The notes beneath the pieces are model-generated. The model did not search any database, was not told the DNA's origin, and saw only the letters and a list, made by a program, of their open reading frames with translations. Both the position numbers and the translations under genes were made by a program. 64,000 nt of DNA. Origin: a virus. Positions 6,518-15,505 of the stretch are shown here, in pieces; position 1 is the first letter of the stretch, and every line of letters starts with the position of its first letter. The stretch covers positions 7,406 to 71,405 of the IMG/VR virus record IMGVR_UViG_3300009181_000063. One strand, given 5' to 3'.

Positions 6518-6660
6518 TGGACTTTGAGAATGTTATACCTATTGAGTCTAAGCCGAAGGTGTATTCAAAATTTTCGGACAAAAATACAAGAGAGCAGATA
6601 TTGCAATCATTGCAAGATGAAGGACGACTTCATATCATCAAAGTAGGGGAGGATGAATGA
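6517..6660 (+). CDS. Small hypothetical protein (47 aa)
   Basis: MDFENVIPIESKPKVY...; TGATG and ATGA overlaps fill the gap. Confidence 0.6.
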   Translation: MDFENVIPIESKPKVYSKFSDKNTREQILQSLQDEGRLHIIKVGEDE

Positions 6661-6884
6661 AGATTTCAACTAAAGATGCAATTATGATCCATATGCTTAA
6701 AACAGGTAATTTTGAAGATGCAACGCTAACCGTCAAAGGTTTGGTGGGCGCTAACCTCGTGGCAGCACGGGTTGCGTTACAAGAGTTACCTAAACCATTG
6801 ACACAAGAGGATATAGATAGTGTTCTTGCGTTCATTGTTGAGGCGGAAGCCACCCTCGAGTATCTAGGAGATGTGGAGGATTAA
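6657..6884 (+). CDS. Hypothetical protein
   Basis: 75-aa ORF with GGGGAGG SD. Confidence 0.75.
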   Translation: MKISTKDAIMIHMLKTGNFEDATLTVKGLVGANLVAARVALQELPKPLTQEDIDSVLAFIVEAEATLEYLGDVED

Positions 6885-6888
6885 TTGA

Positions 6889-7179
6889 ATGGCAGTAAAA
6901 GCATATGAAAACCTCAAACCAACTGCGGATTTATGGGAATGGCAAAATCAAGGTAATTGCGTAGGCAAGGATCCTGAGATGTTCTTTTTAGAGCATAACA
7001 TGCGTGACTCCATGAAGCGCAAGAAAGAAACAGAAGCAAAAGCTGTGTGCAAAGGTTGCCCGGTAATTGCTAAATGTTTAAATCACGCGTTAAGTGTCCC
7101 TGAAGCCTATGGCGTATGGGGTGGCTTGAGTGCTGATGAAAGGTTTTATTACAACACCAAGAGAAGGGTAAACGCATGA
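6889..7179 (+). CDS. whiB: WhiB family transcription factor
   Basis: Four Cys (C..DPEMFF...AKAVCKGCPVIAKC) and GVWGGLS turn. Confidence 0.95.
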   Translation: MAVKAYENLKPTADLWEWQNQGNCVGKDPEMFFLEHNMRDSMKRKKETEAKAVCKGCPVIAKCLNHALSVPEAYGVWGGLSADERFYYNTKRRVNA

Positions 7180-7910
7180 AGGCTGTATCGCTGTTTGCTG
7201 GTGTAGGTGGATTTGATTTAGCGTTGGAGAATGCTGGTGTATCAGTAGTTGCTTCATGTGAAATCGATAAACACGCACGAGCTGTGCTTGCAAAACAATT
7301 TCCAAACTCAACACTAATCAACGATGTAAAGGATGTAACAGGTGATCAACTTAGAAAACTCGGATTCAACGGTAGTGAAGGAATTATTGTCGGAGGATTT
7401 CCATGCCAGGATCTGTCCGTTGCGGGAAAGCGAGCAGGACTTGCTGGCTCTCGAAGTGGACTCTTCTGGGAAATCTGTCGCATCCTCGAAGAAACGAAAA
7501 CTAAATGGTTCGTCCTCGAAAACGTCCCCGGTTTGCTGTCATCTAACGACGGAGCAGACATGGGCACCGTCCTCCAAGCGTTGGCTGAGCGCGGGTATGG
7601 GGTCGCATACAGGATTCTTGACGCTCAGCACTTCGGAGTCGCCCAAAGAAGGCGTCGAGTCTTCATTGTTGGATGTCTTGGAGACAACGGGAGCGCACCT
7701 GCAGAAGTACTTGCTCTCATCGAGGGCATGCGAGGGCATCTTGAGACGAGCGACAAAAAGAGGAAAGTCATTGCCAGCGCTACTCCACTCAGCACTCGAG
7801 CGGGGGATGGAAGAAAAGTAGCTAACGCTATTCCAGCAGAGATTTACCATCATGCAACAGTAGTCAACCAAGATGTGGACAGTGGTCACCTTGTGGTTCA
7901 TCAAGAGTAG
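7176..7910 (+). CDS. C5-cytosine DNA methyltransferase, N-terminal catalytic part (motifs I-VIII)
   Basis: SLFAGVGG (I), GGFPCQDLS (IV), ENVPG (VI), QRRRRVF (VIII); lacks motif X. Confidence 0.92.
   Translation: MKAVSLFAGVGGFDLALENAGVSVVASCEIDKHARAVLAKQFPNSTLINDVKDVTGDQLRKLGFNGSEGIIVGGFPCQDLSVAGKRAGLAGSRSGLFWEICRILEETKTKWFVLENVPGLLSSNDGADMGTVLQALAERGYGVAYRILDAQHFGVAQRRRRVFIVGCLGDNGSAPAEVLALIEGMRGHLETSDKKRKVIASATPLSTRAGDGRKVANAIPAEIYHHATVVNQDVDSGHLVVHQE
7342..7821 (+). CDS. Nested alternative-frame ORF, putative methyltransferase beta polypeptide (M.EcoHK31I-like)
   Basis: Long open +1 frame inside the MTase gene ending SESPKEGVESSLLDVLET...KYLLSSRACEGILRRATKRGKSLPALLHSAL; true start uncertain. 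Confidence 0.6.
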   Translation: MINLENSDSTVVKELLSEDFHARICPLRESEQDLLALEVDSSGKSVASSKKRKLNGSSSKTSPVCCHLTTEQTWAPSSKRWLSAGMGSHTGFLTLSTSESPKEGVESSLLDVLETTGAHLQKYLLSSRACEGILRRATKRGKSLPALLHSALERGMEEK

Positions 7911-8640
7911 GAGAGCACAGACTGTGGATGATTTTGAGACATGGGTAGATGGAGAAGTTACTCCAACACTCAACGCGTTTGATAACAACGGGGACACTCG
8001 TGCAACGGTATTGATCTTCTATGGTAATCGAGTCGATGACATTCGTATTCAAGGAGGAGTAATCAATACACTACAAGCACGTATGGGAACTGGTGGAAAC
8101 AATATGCCAATGCTGGCGTATCCAATACAAGATGGGCGTGATATGGAAAAGAAACAGAACGGTTTAGGTGTAGGTGACGAAAATGATCCTTCATACACAC
8201 TAGATAGAACTGGTGGTCAGGCTGTTGCTTATCCAATTCAAGGCACAGTAATTGGTCGTAGTGATACAGCTGGACCGCAAGGAAAGGGTTACGGCAATCC
8301 TGATGATCCTATGTTTACTATCGATACAGTTGGAGGTCATGCAGTGGCACGAGTAGGTAACTTTGAGTTGTATGACTTCCCTAAAGAAGATGTGGCGCCA
8401 AGCCTTAACGCTCGACGTGCTAAAGATACGTTGGCTTATGAGGACGCTGTTGTTCGCAGACTAACTCCGTTAGAGTGCGAGCGCTTGCAGGGTTTCCCTG
8501 ATGGTTGGACTGATAGCCAGTCTGATTCACAGCGCTACAAGCAAATGGGTAATGCTGTTGCAGTACCTGTTGTTCAATGGATTATTAACCGTATCGTGGA
8601 GGTAGATAATGCAAGACCTGATGCAGAACCTAAAGAATAA
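7873..8640 (+). CDS. C5 methyltransferase C-terminal part (repeated TRD-like modules plus C-terminal motifs)
   Basis: RRLTPLECERLQGFPDGWT and RYKQMGNAVAVPV; repeated TL...GG..AVAY modules. Confidence 0.9.
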   Translation: MWTVVTLWFIKSRRAQTVDDFETWVDGEVTPTLNAFDNNGDTRATVLIFYGNRVDDIRIQGGVINTLQARMGTGGNNMPMLAYPIQDGRDMEKKQNGLGVGDENDPSYTLDRTGGQAVAYPIQGTVIGRSDTAGPQGKGYGNPDDPMFTIDTVGGHAVARVGNFELYDFPKEDVAPSLNARRAKDTLAYEDAVVRRLTPLECERLQGFPDGWTDSQSDSQRYKQMGNAVAVPVVQWIINRIVEVDNARPDAEPKE

Positions 8641-8806
8641 ATGCATTGAGATTCATAATGCTGGTGGGTTGGATGCTGTTGATCGGTATCTTGATGAACA
8701 CCACCGCCTGATTCCGTGGGAGTCGTGCTTTGAATGCGACGCCATTACCCCACGTGATCCACGAACACTTAAATGTTTTTTTGAGGAGGAATGTCATGAA
8801 ATCTAA
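8609..8806 (+). CDS. Hypothetical protein with CxxC
   Basis: 65-aa ORF, GGAGG SD. Confidence 0.6.
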   Translation: MQDLMQNLKNKCIEIHNAGGLDAVDRYLDEHHRLIPWESCFECDAITPRDPRTLKCFFEEECHEI

Positions 8807-9194
8807 TCCATACGATTTCTTTTTCTACGATAGAAACGGAAAAGGTATCACCATGAAGCAGTGGTGCGTTGAGTCCAGTAGCAAGTATGCTTTCAGAAAG
8901 GAAGTAACTGTTAATGGATTAAGGATTCTTACTAAGTGGACTGGTGTTGACGCACCAGAATACGACTGGATGGTTAAGAACCAGTTCAGTATTAATAAGT
9001 GGAAGCCCAGTCACCGGGCTCGAGTCTTCGTCTCATACATATGGAATGAAGACAGCGAAATCGTAAAGTCTCAGCGTTACATTACGATTGAGCAAGCATA
9101 CGAGGGTCATCACAAGTTGGTAGCGGAAGTTGAGGCTATGCACTTTGGGGTGTACCATCAACCAGTAAACCAATTGGAGGAAGTACATGGCTAA
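8796..9194 (+). CDS. Hypothetical protein
   Basis: Track ORF 8730-9194; ATG 8796 after GAGGAGG. Confidence 0.7.
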   Translation: MKSNPYDFFFYDRNGKGITMKQWCVESSSKYAFRKEVTVNGLRILTKWTGVDAPEYDWMVKNQFSINKWKPSHRARVFVSYIWNEDSEIVKSQRYITIEQAYEGHHKLVAEVEAMHFGVYHQPVNQLEEVHG

Positions 9195-9486
9195 AAAAGT
9201 TACGCAAACTCTCAAGGCTCACCTAGCAAAGAACACCATCTTTGATAAGGGCGGGGCTTGGTTGTTGGAAATCACAATTCAAACTGAAGGTCATCAGATT
9301 TATGATCTAAACACATGCACAGCTTGGGCTAACCCATCGGCTGCTAAACGTTATCTTAAGTCGGTTGTATTGGATAACACACCACGCAAATCAATCAAGA
9401 TGGTTGTAACAAGTGGGAACCTCGACACTGGCAAGCCTCTTACTCTTGATGGCGAATTAACCTACAAGGTCGACGCAGGTCTATAA
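9187..9486 (+). CDS. Hypothetical protein
   Basis: 99-aa ORF with GGAGG SD. Confidence 0.8.
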   Translation: MAKKVTQTLKAHLAKNTIFDKGGAWLLEITIQTEGHQIYDLNTCTAWANPSAAKRYLKSVVLDNTPRKSIKMVVTSGNLDTGKPLTLDGELTYKVDAGL

Positions 9487-9487
9487 A

Positions 9488-9546
9488 CAAAATTACCCCC
9501 AGCCTTTAAAGCAAACTGTGAGTTGCTAAGGCTGGGGGTATTTTTA
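9488..9546. terminator. Bidirectional terminator between convergent arms
   Basis: TACCCCCAGCCTT...AAGGCTGGGGGTA flanked by A-run and T-run. Confidence 0.8.
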
Positions 9547-9553
9547 TGTTATT

Positions 9554-11593
9554 TTATTGATTCTCTTTAATAAGTCTTACTTCGCAAGCATCAGTTGTGC
9601 AGTACGCTTCACCGATAGCATCGGCCGCCATTCCTGCATACACTCCAGTAAAGTCAATTGGCATCAGTTTCATAGTCGCGTCGTTGAACTTTTTCTCTGT
9701 AATTTGAGTGTAAGGCATCTGCGGATAAGTCTCGTTCCCCATTGGTAGGAAGGAAACGGTTTTGAGTTGTCCGTCAAACATGTGTAGGACTGTTCCTACA
9801 TCGTCCCTTTCAGTCTCTGCATTAAATGATACGGTTACAGATACCGAGTTGTCTGACCAATGTCGTTGAGCTGTAGCAGCAAGTGACACCTTCTCATAAA
9901 TTGATACATCTTTTTCTGATCGTTTAGCTGAGGATTTGATTGGAAAGAACACCACTGACGTAGTCTTTGGTGATTCGCTTGCCTTCTCAACTCGATAGTT
10001 AGCCATCTTAAATAATGGAAGCATCGGATCCTCGTTGCTAAAACGAATAGCACGATCAAAGTACTCTCCACCCGGTGTCCAATGAACTCCCGGTGATTCT
10101 CCCGCCAGGATCGATACTGTTCCTGATGGCTTTACCGTGGTGGTCTTGATTGACTCACGGATACCTAGCCACTCTGAATATGTGGTGTCGTACTTCTTAA
10201 TGACCGCGTAGCCTTCGTCCATCCAGTTGCGAAGTATTGGCAAACCATTGATGTCTGCAAAGTTAGCAACACCTGACATTGAAGTACCAATGCGACGGTT
10301 ACGTTGCATGATGGCGTTAGTTTCTTCCCAATGTGTAGGTAGAAGCGTCACAGTCTTTGCGTATAGGTAGGCAAACTTAAGTGTGCGCTTGTAGTCCTCT
10401 AGATTTTCATGACGGTTTAGGTATGTTTCAACCAAGGTACACATCTCAAATGACTCTAGTGATTGCTCAGCACATGGGTTGTACCCAGCTACACGCCAAT
10501 CCTTATCGTTTGCTGGATCAATGAGGCGACCATACTTACGGCTTACATCCATCCAAACAACGCCCGGTTCTCCGTTGTTAGCAATACCGTCGACAATACC
10601 TGAAAGGTCAGCGCCTACGGATGCTTCGATTGAGTTGTTAGACATCCACGCCCAACCAGGGCTGGCTGGATCATATGAGTTGCGCTCTGGGAATACGGCA
10701 GCGTTCTTTAAGTTCAAGAAGTCTGGGTCGTCTAAACGACCAATAAGTAGTTCTGCTGAACGACGGACGTTTCCTGATACAACGCATACGCCAATCATGT
10801 TTCCAATGTCCGCAATATCACGACGAGTCACTGTCTGACCAGCACGACCTTTGAACAATGTATGAATATGGTTGTGAAGCTTTAAGAGGGGTTCGTGTCC
10901 TGCGGCTGTTCCACCGAAGGTTCGGATTGGCGTTCCTGCTGGGCGGATCTCGCTGTAATCAAAGCCTGCAATCTTCTGATCTGGTCGGAGGTAAGAATTG
11001 ATGACTGCTGTGAGGGACTCAACCCAGCCTTCTCTAGTGTCTGCAATGATGGTAAGTGTTTCAGGTTCTTTTGGCTCATAGATTGTAAATTCCTTGTCTG
11101 CTCCCTTATCGTCAAAGCCAACGCCCACTCCGAGCATTGAGGCTTCCATAAGAAATGCGAATGGTTTTGCTGGATCGTTTTTGGTCATTGAAGATGTGCT
11201 AACAAAAGCACAGTTCTGTAAAGCAGCGGAGTTCTTTTGCTCGTTAACAATTTGAGTGCCCATTACCCACAGCCCACGTCCCGGTGGTGACCACTTCAAA
11301 TGGAACAAACGGTCGAAGGCTTCTTTAGCTGATGCCTGAGCTTTAGCGTCTGACCAAGGGAGTCGTTGGGATTTAGCGTGATCCTTTTGAAGGGAGTACA
11401 TGCCATTGATTACTCGCTCGCATACATCTACCCAAGTCTCCTTGGTGCCGTCCTCTTTTAATCGGGAGTAAGTTCTTAAAAAAGTAATCTCTCCCACCGA
11501 GTTTCCTGCCGCATCTTTGTAACCCCAAGGAACTGTCTTACCCTTGTATACAGTTACAAACTCATCTGCTAGGCGGAAACTCAAATTCATCAT
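9554..11593 (-). CDS. nrdJ: Class II (B12-dependent, monomeric RTPR-type) ribonucleotide reductase
   Basis: PPGRGLW, LQNCAF, GNVRRSA, NPCAEQ, TTVKPSGTVS, C-terminal YCTTDAC. Confidence 0.93.
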   Translation of the reverse strand: MMNLSFRLADEFVTVYKGKTVPWGYKDAAGNSVGEITFLRTYSRLKEDGTKETWVDVCERVINGMYSLQKDHAKSQRLPWSDAKAQASAKEAFDRLFHLKWSPPGRGLWVMGTQIVNEQKNSAALQNCAFVSTSSMTKNDPAKPFAFLMEASMLGVGVGFDDKGADKEFTIYEPKEPETLTIIADTREGWVESLTAVINSYLRPDQKIAGFDYSEIRPAGTPIRTFGGTAAGHEPLLKLHNHIHTLFKGRAGQTVTRRDIADIGNMIGVCVVSGNVRRSAELLIGRLDDPDFLNLKNAAVFPERNSYDPASPGWAWMSNNSIEASVGADLSGIVDGIANNGEPGVVWMDVSRKYGRLIDPANDKDWRVAGYNPCAEQSLESFEMCTLVETYLNRHENLEDYKRTLKFAYLYAKTVTLLPTHWEETNAIMQRNRRIGTSMSGVANFADINGLPILRNWMDEGYAVIKKYDTTYSEWLGIRESIKTTTVKPSGTVSILAGESPGVHWTPGGEYFDRAIRFSNEDPMLPLFKMANYRVEKASESPKTTSVVFFPIKSSAKRSEKDVSIYEKVSLAATAQRHWSDNSVSVTVSFNAETERDDVGTVLHMFDGQLKTVSFLPMGNETYPQMPYTQITEKKFNDATMKLMPIDFTGVYAGMAADAIGEAYCTTDACEVRLIKENQ

Positions 11594-11713
11594 TTTCTCT
11601 TTTCTTGTCGTATGGAAAGGTAATTTTACTCAAGCGGACCTTACACTTCATGACGTGTTAGTACAACTTTTATGCTTATCTAGCGTCGGTACAGGTTCAT
11701 GGTTTAAAACACG

Positions 11714-11730
11714 AACATATCCGATATGTT
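11714..11730. promoter_or_regulatory. 17-bp palindromic operator-like site upstream of nrdJ
   Basis: AACATATC-C-GATATGTT; reverse-complement-identical copy at 12364-12380. Confidence 0.55.
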
Positions 11731-13190
11731 TATTCTTCTATTGCTTGCTTAATTATGGTCGTGGTGTCCTCTTCGCTGATCCCACCGTTAGGTATTTCTT
11801 TTAAGATTTGAGCTTTCTCGCCAAATATTTGAGACAAAACTCCAGCGTTTCCTTGGCGCTCTACGGTCATTCTAATGAACTCTCGCGAATCGTCCAATTC
11901 TTTAGTTGTTTTAATTAATTTAAACAAACGATCAATCTCTTGGCTAACATTTGGGTCAGCGTACCCGCCGTTCATTTCTTCAGCAAATCGCATAAAAGCA
12001 ACTCTTTGCCCCTGCATTTCGATGATTGCGTTAATTAAACTCTTAAGTTGATCTTTAGTCTTTACTTCAATAGGGAGTTTAAATGCACAAGTATTTTGAG
12101 GTTTAAACGCTGGGCAATTTGATGCAATAAAGCACGTGTCGCACTGACGCAAACTTGTGTCATGTGTACGAATTACTGGAACATCTTTTAGTACGTCGTT
12201 ACCTGAATCATCTCGTTCAACAATGGTCTTTATTTCAAATCCAAAGACAGGTAAATTGCCCATTTCTTCTGGATTTCTAGGTTGAAGTTTCCGCATCTCT
12301 ACCCCCAACCTATCCGATACTGCGGGTACGTTTTCCGCATAATCTTCACCAGCTGGATCTTCAAACATATCGGATATGTTGCCCACTTTGGTTAACCTCG
12401 TCTCTAATTGGTCAAAAGACCAAACTGCTAATTTACAAAGTTCTTCTGAATCATCTCCGACTATCTTGTCAAAGTCTAAACCAGCCTTTTCGTACACGGC
12501 CTTGTGACGTGGACGAGCTTGCTCTTTCATGCTCTTTGGGTAGCGTACCAGTCTGGTTCCGTCCCAGACGATGGTTTCTCCACGAGTCATTGGCGATAGC
12601 CACGAAAGTGTTGCCGCGCTCTCCACGGGCACCTGACGCAGGTTGTCTGGTCGGGCTGTACCCAAGGCGTGGAAGCGGCTTCCTTCTGTCCTTACAAGCC
12701 TCTGTGTGACTCCTGATAGCCACGTGTGATCTTCTAGGGACTCACCGGGAAGGGCTACATCCAAGTACTTGGCGGTTAGTTCGCCTAACCCCTTTTGACC
12801 GGTTTGAGGGTTCCAGACAGGCAAGAACTTGGCTGGTGGCATTTCCGCCCAGACAGTTTCTCGTTGATCTCGAACAAAGTCAGGGCTTACTTGAAAGTGG
12901 TTAATCTCTGTGAATTGATTAAGGCGTTCAATATTGTTGACTATAAACTCTTCATAATCAGCGGCAAACTCTTCCAGCTCTGTGCGACCAATCTCTTGGG
13001 CTCTTGGTATTCCGGGGTGAACCAGAATGCTCATGCCTTCTGGAAAGTAGTTCTCTAATAAATAAATCTTGGTTTTGGGTAAGCCCCGTTTAACTAAACG
13101 CCAGTAACTTACGCCAACAGACGTGGCTCCAGCTGAGCCTAAAAGGATGCGGTTGCTAGGGACCTCTGCCCCAAGGTAGATAATCTTCAC
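11730..13190 (-). CDS. TGT/DpdA-like barrel domain (apparently degenerate) fused to a Cys4 domain
   Basis: FLPVWN, FHALG...LRQVPVESAATLSW..RGE resemble TGT-like phage proteins; CDTC...CP...C in the C-terminal part. Confidence 0.5.
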   Translation of the reverse strand: MKIIYLGAEVPSNRILLGSAGATSVGVSYWRLVKRGLPKTKIYLLENYFPEGMSILVHPGIPRAQEIGRTELEEFAADYEEFIVNNIERLNQFTEINHFQVSPDFVRDQRETVWAEMPPAKFLPVWNPQTGQKGLGELTAKYLDVALPGESLEDHTWLSGVTQRLVRTEGSRFHALGTARPDNLRQVPVESAATLSWLSPMTRGETIVWDGTRLVRYPKSMKEQARPRHKAVYEKAGLDFDKIVGDDSEELCKLAVWSFDQLETRLTKVGNISDMFEDPAGEDYAENVPAVSDRLGVEMRKLQPRNPEEMGNLPVFGFEIKTIVERDDSGNDVLKDVPVIRTHDTSLRQCDTCFIASNCPAFKPQNTCAFKLPIEVKTKDQLKSLINAIIEMQGQRVAFMRFAEEMNGGYADPNVSQEIDRLFKLIKTTKELDDSREFIRMTVERQGNAGVLSQIFGEKAQILKEIPNGGISEEDTTTIIKQAIEE

Positions 13191-13636
13191 TTACGGGGGT
13201 CTTCCAAGTACATATCCGCCTGCTTATTAAGTTCTGCGGTTATGTCTCCCCAGCTTTTTCTTCCTTCAATGCTGTCGGGTCGAAACTTATGATCAATATA
13301 AACTGGATCAAGGAATAAAAGTACCCTGAAACCGTGTTCTAGTAGTTTGGTAGAAAGTGCGGGATCTGAAGTAATTACATAATCAATAGGACCTTGAGAA
13401 CGGCACCACTCTGCTTGTCTAAATGGGTCGTTATCTCCACCGGGAACAACCCCAACAAGGTTGTCTATCTTTCCCATGTTATTTTGCTTAAGCCAATGAT
13501 CCGCTTTTTCTTTGTCTTTAGCAAGGAGGATTACGGCAAGTGTTTTTTGCAGGGTACGGGTGAGTCCTAGCCCTGGTGCAATAGCCACACCTTTATCGTT
13601 CGACAATACTCCGTCGATATAAATTAAAACTGCCAC
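13187..13636 (-). CDS. HAD-like protein
   Basis: N-terminal VLIYIDGVL resembles HAD motif I with the first Asp replaced. Confidence 0.5.
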   Translation of the reverse strand: MAVLIYIDGVLSNDKGVAIAPGLGLTRTLQKTLAVILLAKDKEKADHWLKQNNMGKIDNLVGVVPGGDNDPFRQAEWCRSQGPIDYVITSDPALSTKLLEHGFRVLLFLDPVYIDHKFRPDSIEGRKSWGDITAELNKQADMYLEDPRK

Positions 13637-13661
13637 AAGTCATGCTCCGTATTCCGACTAA

Positions 13662-14594
13662 TTATCTGTTGTATGTAGCAGCCCTGCGAATCAGGGTTGA
13701 TACGTTAGGTAACTCTATACCATAGGTAGCGGCGGCAAAATCTCTTGCTGACATATCCGCAATTTCTTTTAGCTTTGCCAAAGCTTGAACAATACCGGCC
13801 TCTTTGCCTGCTTGCCAACGATAGTTGTTGTAATCCAAGTATCCTGATCCAGACTCACTAAACGCGTATTTACGTCCTTGATGAATATCCTCGAACAACG
13901 CTGAGGCTTGGTCTACTGCTAATTTTAAAGCACGTTCGGCATTAATTCTCATGGCTGGATTAGTGGATGAGTTAACCGCATTTAGTGCTGTGGCATATCG
14001 AGCAATAATTTCAGAAGCAGCGCCTTTATCCCGTTCAGCTTTTATTGTCCATTGTGGATCCGTAGGCGCTTCTTCAATAGTTGGTTCAACAACCCAATCA
14101 TTATTAACAAGTGAGTATGCTGCGTAGGGTTTAATTTTTTTAATGTCCGACTGTACATTTACATAAAAAGTAAGTTCAAATGTTTCTAAAAAGTTTTCTG
14201 TGAGTGGCCATAGATTTTCCCTAAAGCCTTCATTAATCATGCTTGCAATTTCTTGGTTGTTAAGACCTGTGTACTTAACGTTTGCTTGACGAAAAGATAA
14301 ATAGTCAATACCGACTAAACAGTCTAAGTCACCGGGGTATCTTTTAGCCGCCCACTGGTGCGATACTCCAGAGCCAGCCAACCAAGCAGATGTCCAGTCT
14401 TGTGGGGTTTGGTACAGAGTTGATAAATAATTGTACAAAACGGTTAATACACCGTTGCGTACTGATGAAATAAGTTTTCCATTTACGAACAGGCGTGGAT
14501 CAAGCCCAACCTGTGGTTTGCTAAAATAAGATGTTGAGGACGGCTCAATGTTTACGGGTACTGCCTTCGCAGCCAACGCCTCGTAAAAATCCAT
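13662..14594 (-). CDS. Pol-beta-superfamily nucleotidyltransferase
   Basis: LAGSG...GDLDCLV (GS/DxD) and later ELTFYV strand. Confidence 0.75.
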   Translation of the reverse strand: MDFYEALAAKAVPVNIEPSSTSYFSKPQVGLDPRLFVNGKLISSVRNGVLTVLYNYLSTLYQTPQDWTSAWLAGSGVSHQWAAKRYPGDLDCLVGIDYLSFRQANVKYTGLNNQEIASMINEGFRENLWPLTENFLETFELTFYVNVQSDIKKIKPYAAYSLVNNDWVVEPTIEEAPTDPQWTIKAERDKGAASEIIARYATALNAVNSSTNPAMRINAERALKLAVDQASALFEDIHQGRKYAFSESGSGYLDYNNYRWQAGKEAGIVQALAKLKEIADMSARDFAAATYGIELPNVSTLIRRAATYNR

Positions 14595-14608
14595 ATGCTT
14601 ATTCTATG

Positions 14609-15175
14609 CTATTCGTACTGGATATGGGTGTGTATCTTCCCGCCAGAATAAATATCATGTTTGCAAGCAATCTCTACAGCCCTATGTACTAGTTTTTCCA
14701 CAGCTTCTGGGGTCTTACATTTTTTGTAATCTAAAGCCTCTAAAGCACCTAAAGCAACATCTCCACCACTACCTGCGTAGTAAACCTTGCGCTCTTCTCG
14801 ATCCCAAGAATAGTCATTAAAGATTGGGTATATAACTCCACGAACAGAAATCAAAAGGTTGGAGTCATGCCAAGCTGCATCGCCATCTTCTTTACCTTCA
14901 AAGCCAGCATCTTGAAAAGCTTTACGCATTGAAGGGATAAACCTTTTAGTCATAAACACGTCAAGGTCTTCGCTTGCGCGGGGCTTTGGGGGTTTCCAAC
15001 CAAACTGTGTAATGTTTCCGCCACGTGAAGCGCCAGAAACGGCAATAAGAACTCCGTTATTGTTAACAATTTTTGGAGTGGCAAGTTCCATAAAACGACC
15101 ATCTTCATCAGAAGCACGACTGTCACACCCTACGACGGACCAACCATCACCTTGAATGGCTACAAGCGTGGTCAT
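14609..15175 (-). CDS. HslV/proteasome-beta-like Ntn peptidase
   Basis: N-terminal MTT, CDSR, GSGG..ALGAL, DIYSGG. Confidence 0.85.
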   Translation of the reverse strand: MTTLVAIQGDGWSVVGCDSRASDEDGRFMELATPKIVNNNGVLIAVSGASRGGNITQFGWKPPKPRASEDLDVFMTKRFIPSMRKAFQDAGFEGKEDGDAAWHDSNLLISVRGVIYPIFNDYSWDREERKVYYAGSGGDVALGALEALDYKKCKTPEAVEKLVHRAVEIACKHDIYSGGKIHTHIQYE

Positions 15176-15193
15176 TGAATCCCCTTTGTGTAG

Positions 15194-15505
15194 TTACAGA
15201 ATGTCGCGGTTGGATAAAGCCTGCCGCACACCGTCGGTTGCCCGCTGGGTATCCGTCTGGTTTTGAGATGAAATTCTTGCGGCTGTGTAGCGTGCAATGT
15301 CATCTTCTGACAAAAACTCGTGAATTTCACGTGTTCCAGTTTTTACGTCTAATCGGGAGGCTGGGCGTTCAATAGTAAAAATTGATGATACGTCAACGGT
15401 AGCTTTCCAACTTCCGTCTTTCTGTTTTATAACAATAAATGCTGTTTCGGCATCTGCTGGGACGTCAACTTCTTCTGTTGTGTCTGGGGTTACTTCATCT
15501 GTCAT
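15194..15505 (-). CDS. Hypothetical protein
   Basis: 103-aa ORF in operon. Confidence 0.7.
   Translation of the reverse strand: MTDEVTPDTTEEVDVPADAETAFIVIKQKDGSWKATVDVSSIFTIERPASRLDVKTGTREIHEFLSEDDIARYTAARISSQNQTDTQRATDGVRQALSNRDIL

Noticed and set aside
7819-7910. TAG reassignment or readthrough joining the MTase pieces
   Set aside because: Many ordinary genes here end in TAG at sensible boundaries, long core genes have no internal TAG, and no suppressor tRNA was seen.
11711-11730. NrdR box or LexA SOS box upstream of nrdJ
   Set aside because: The palindrome does not match the NrdR consensus as I know it, and only a half CGAAC site is present. Kept as an unassigned operator.
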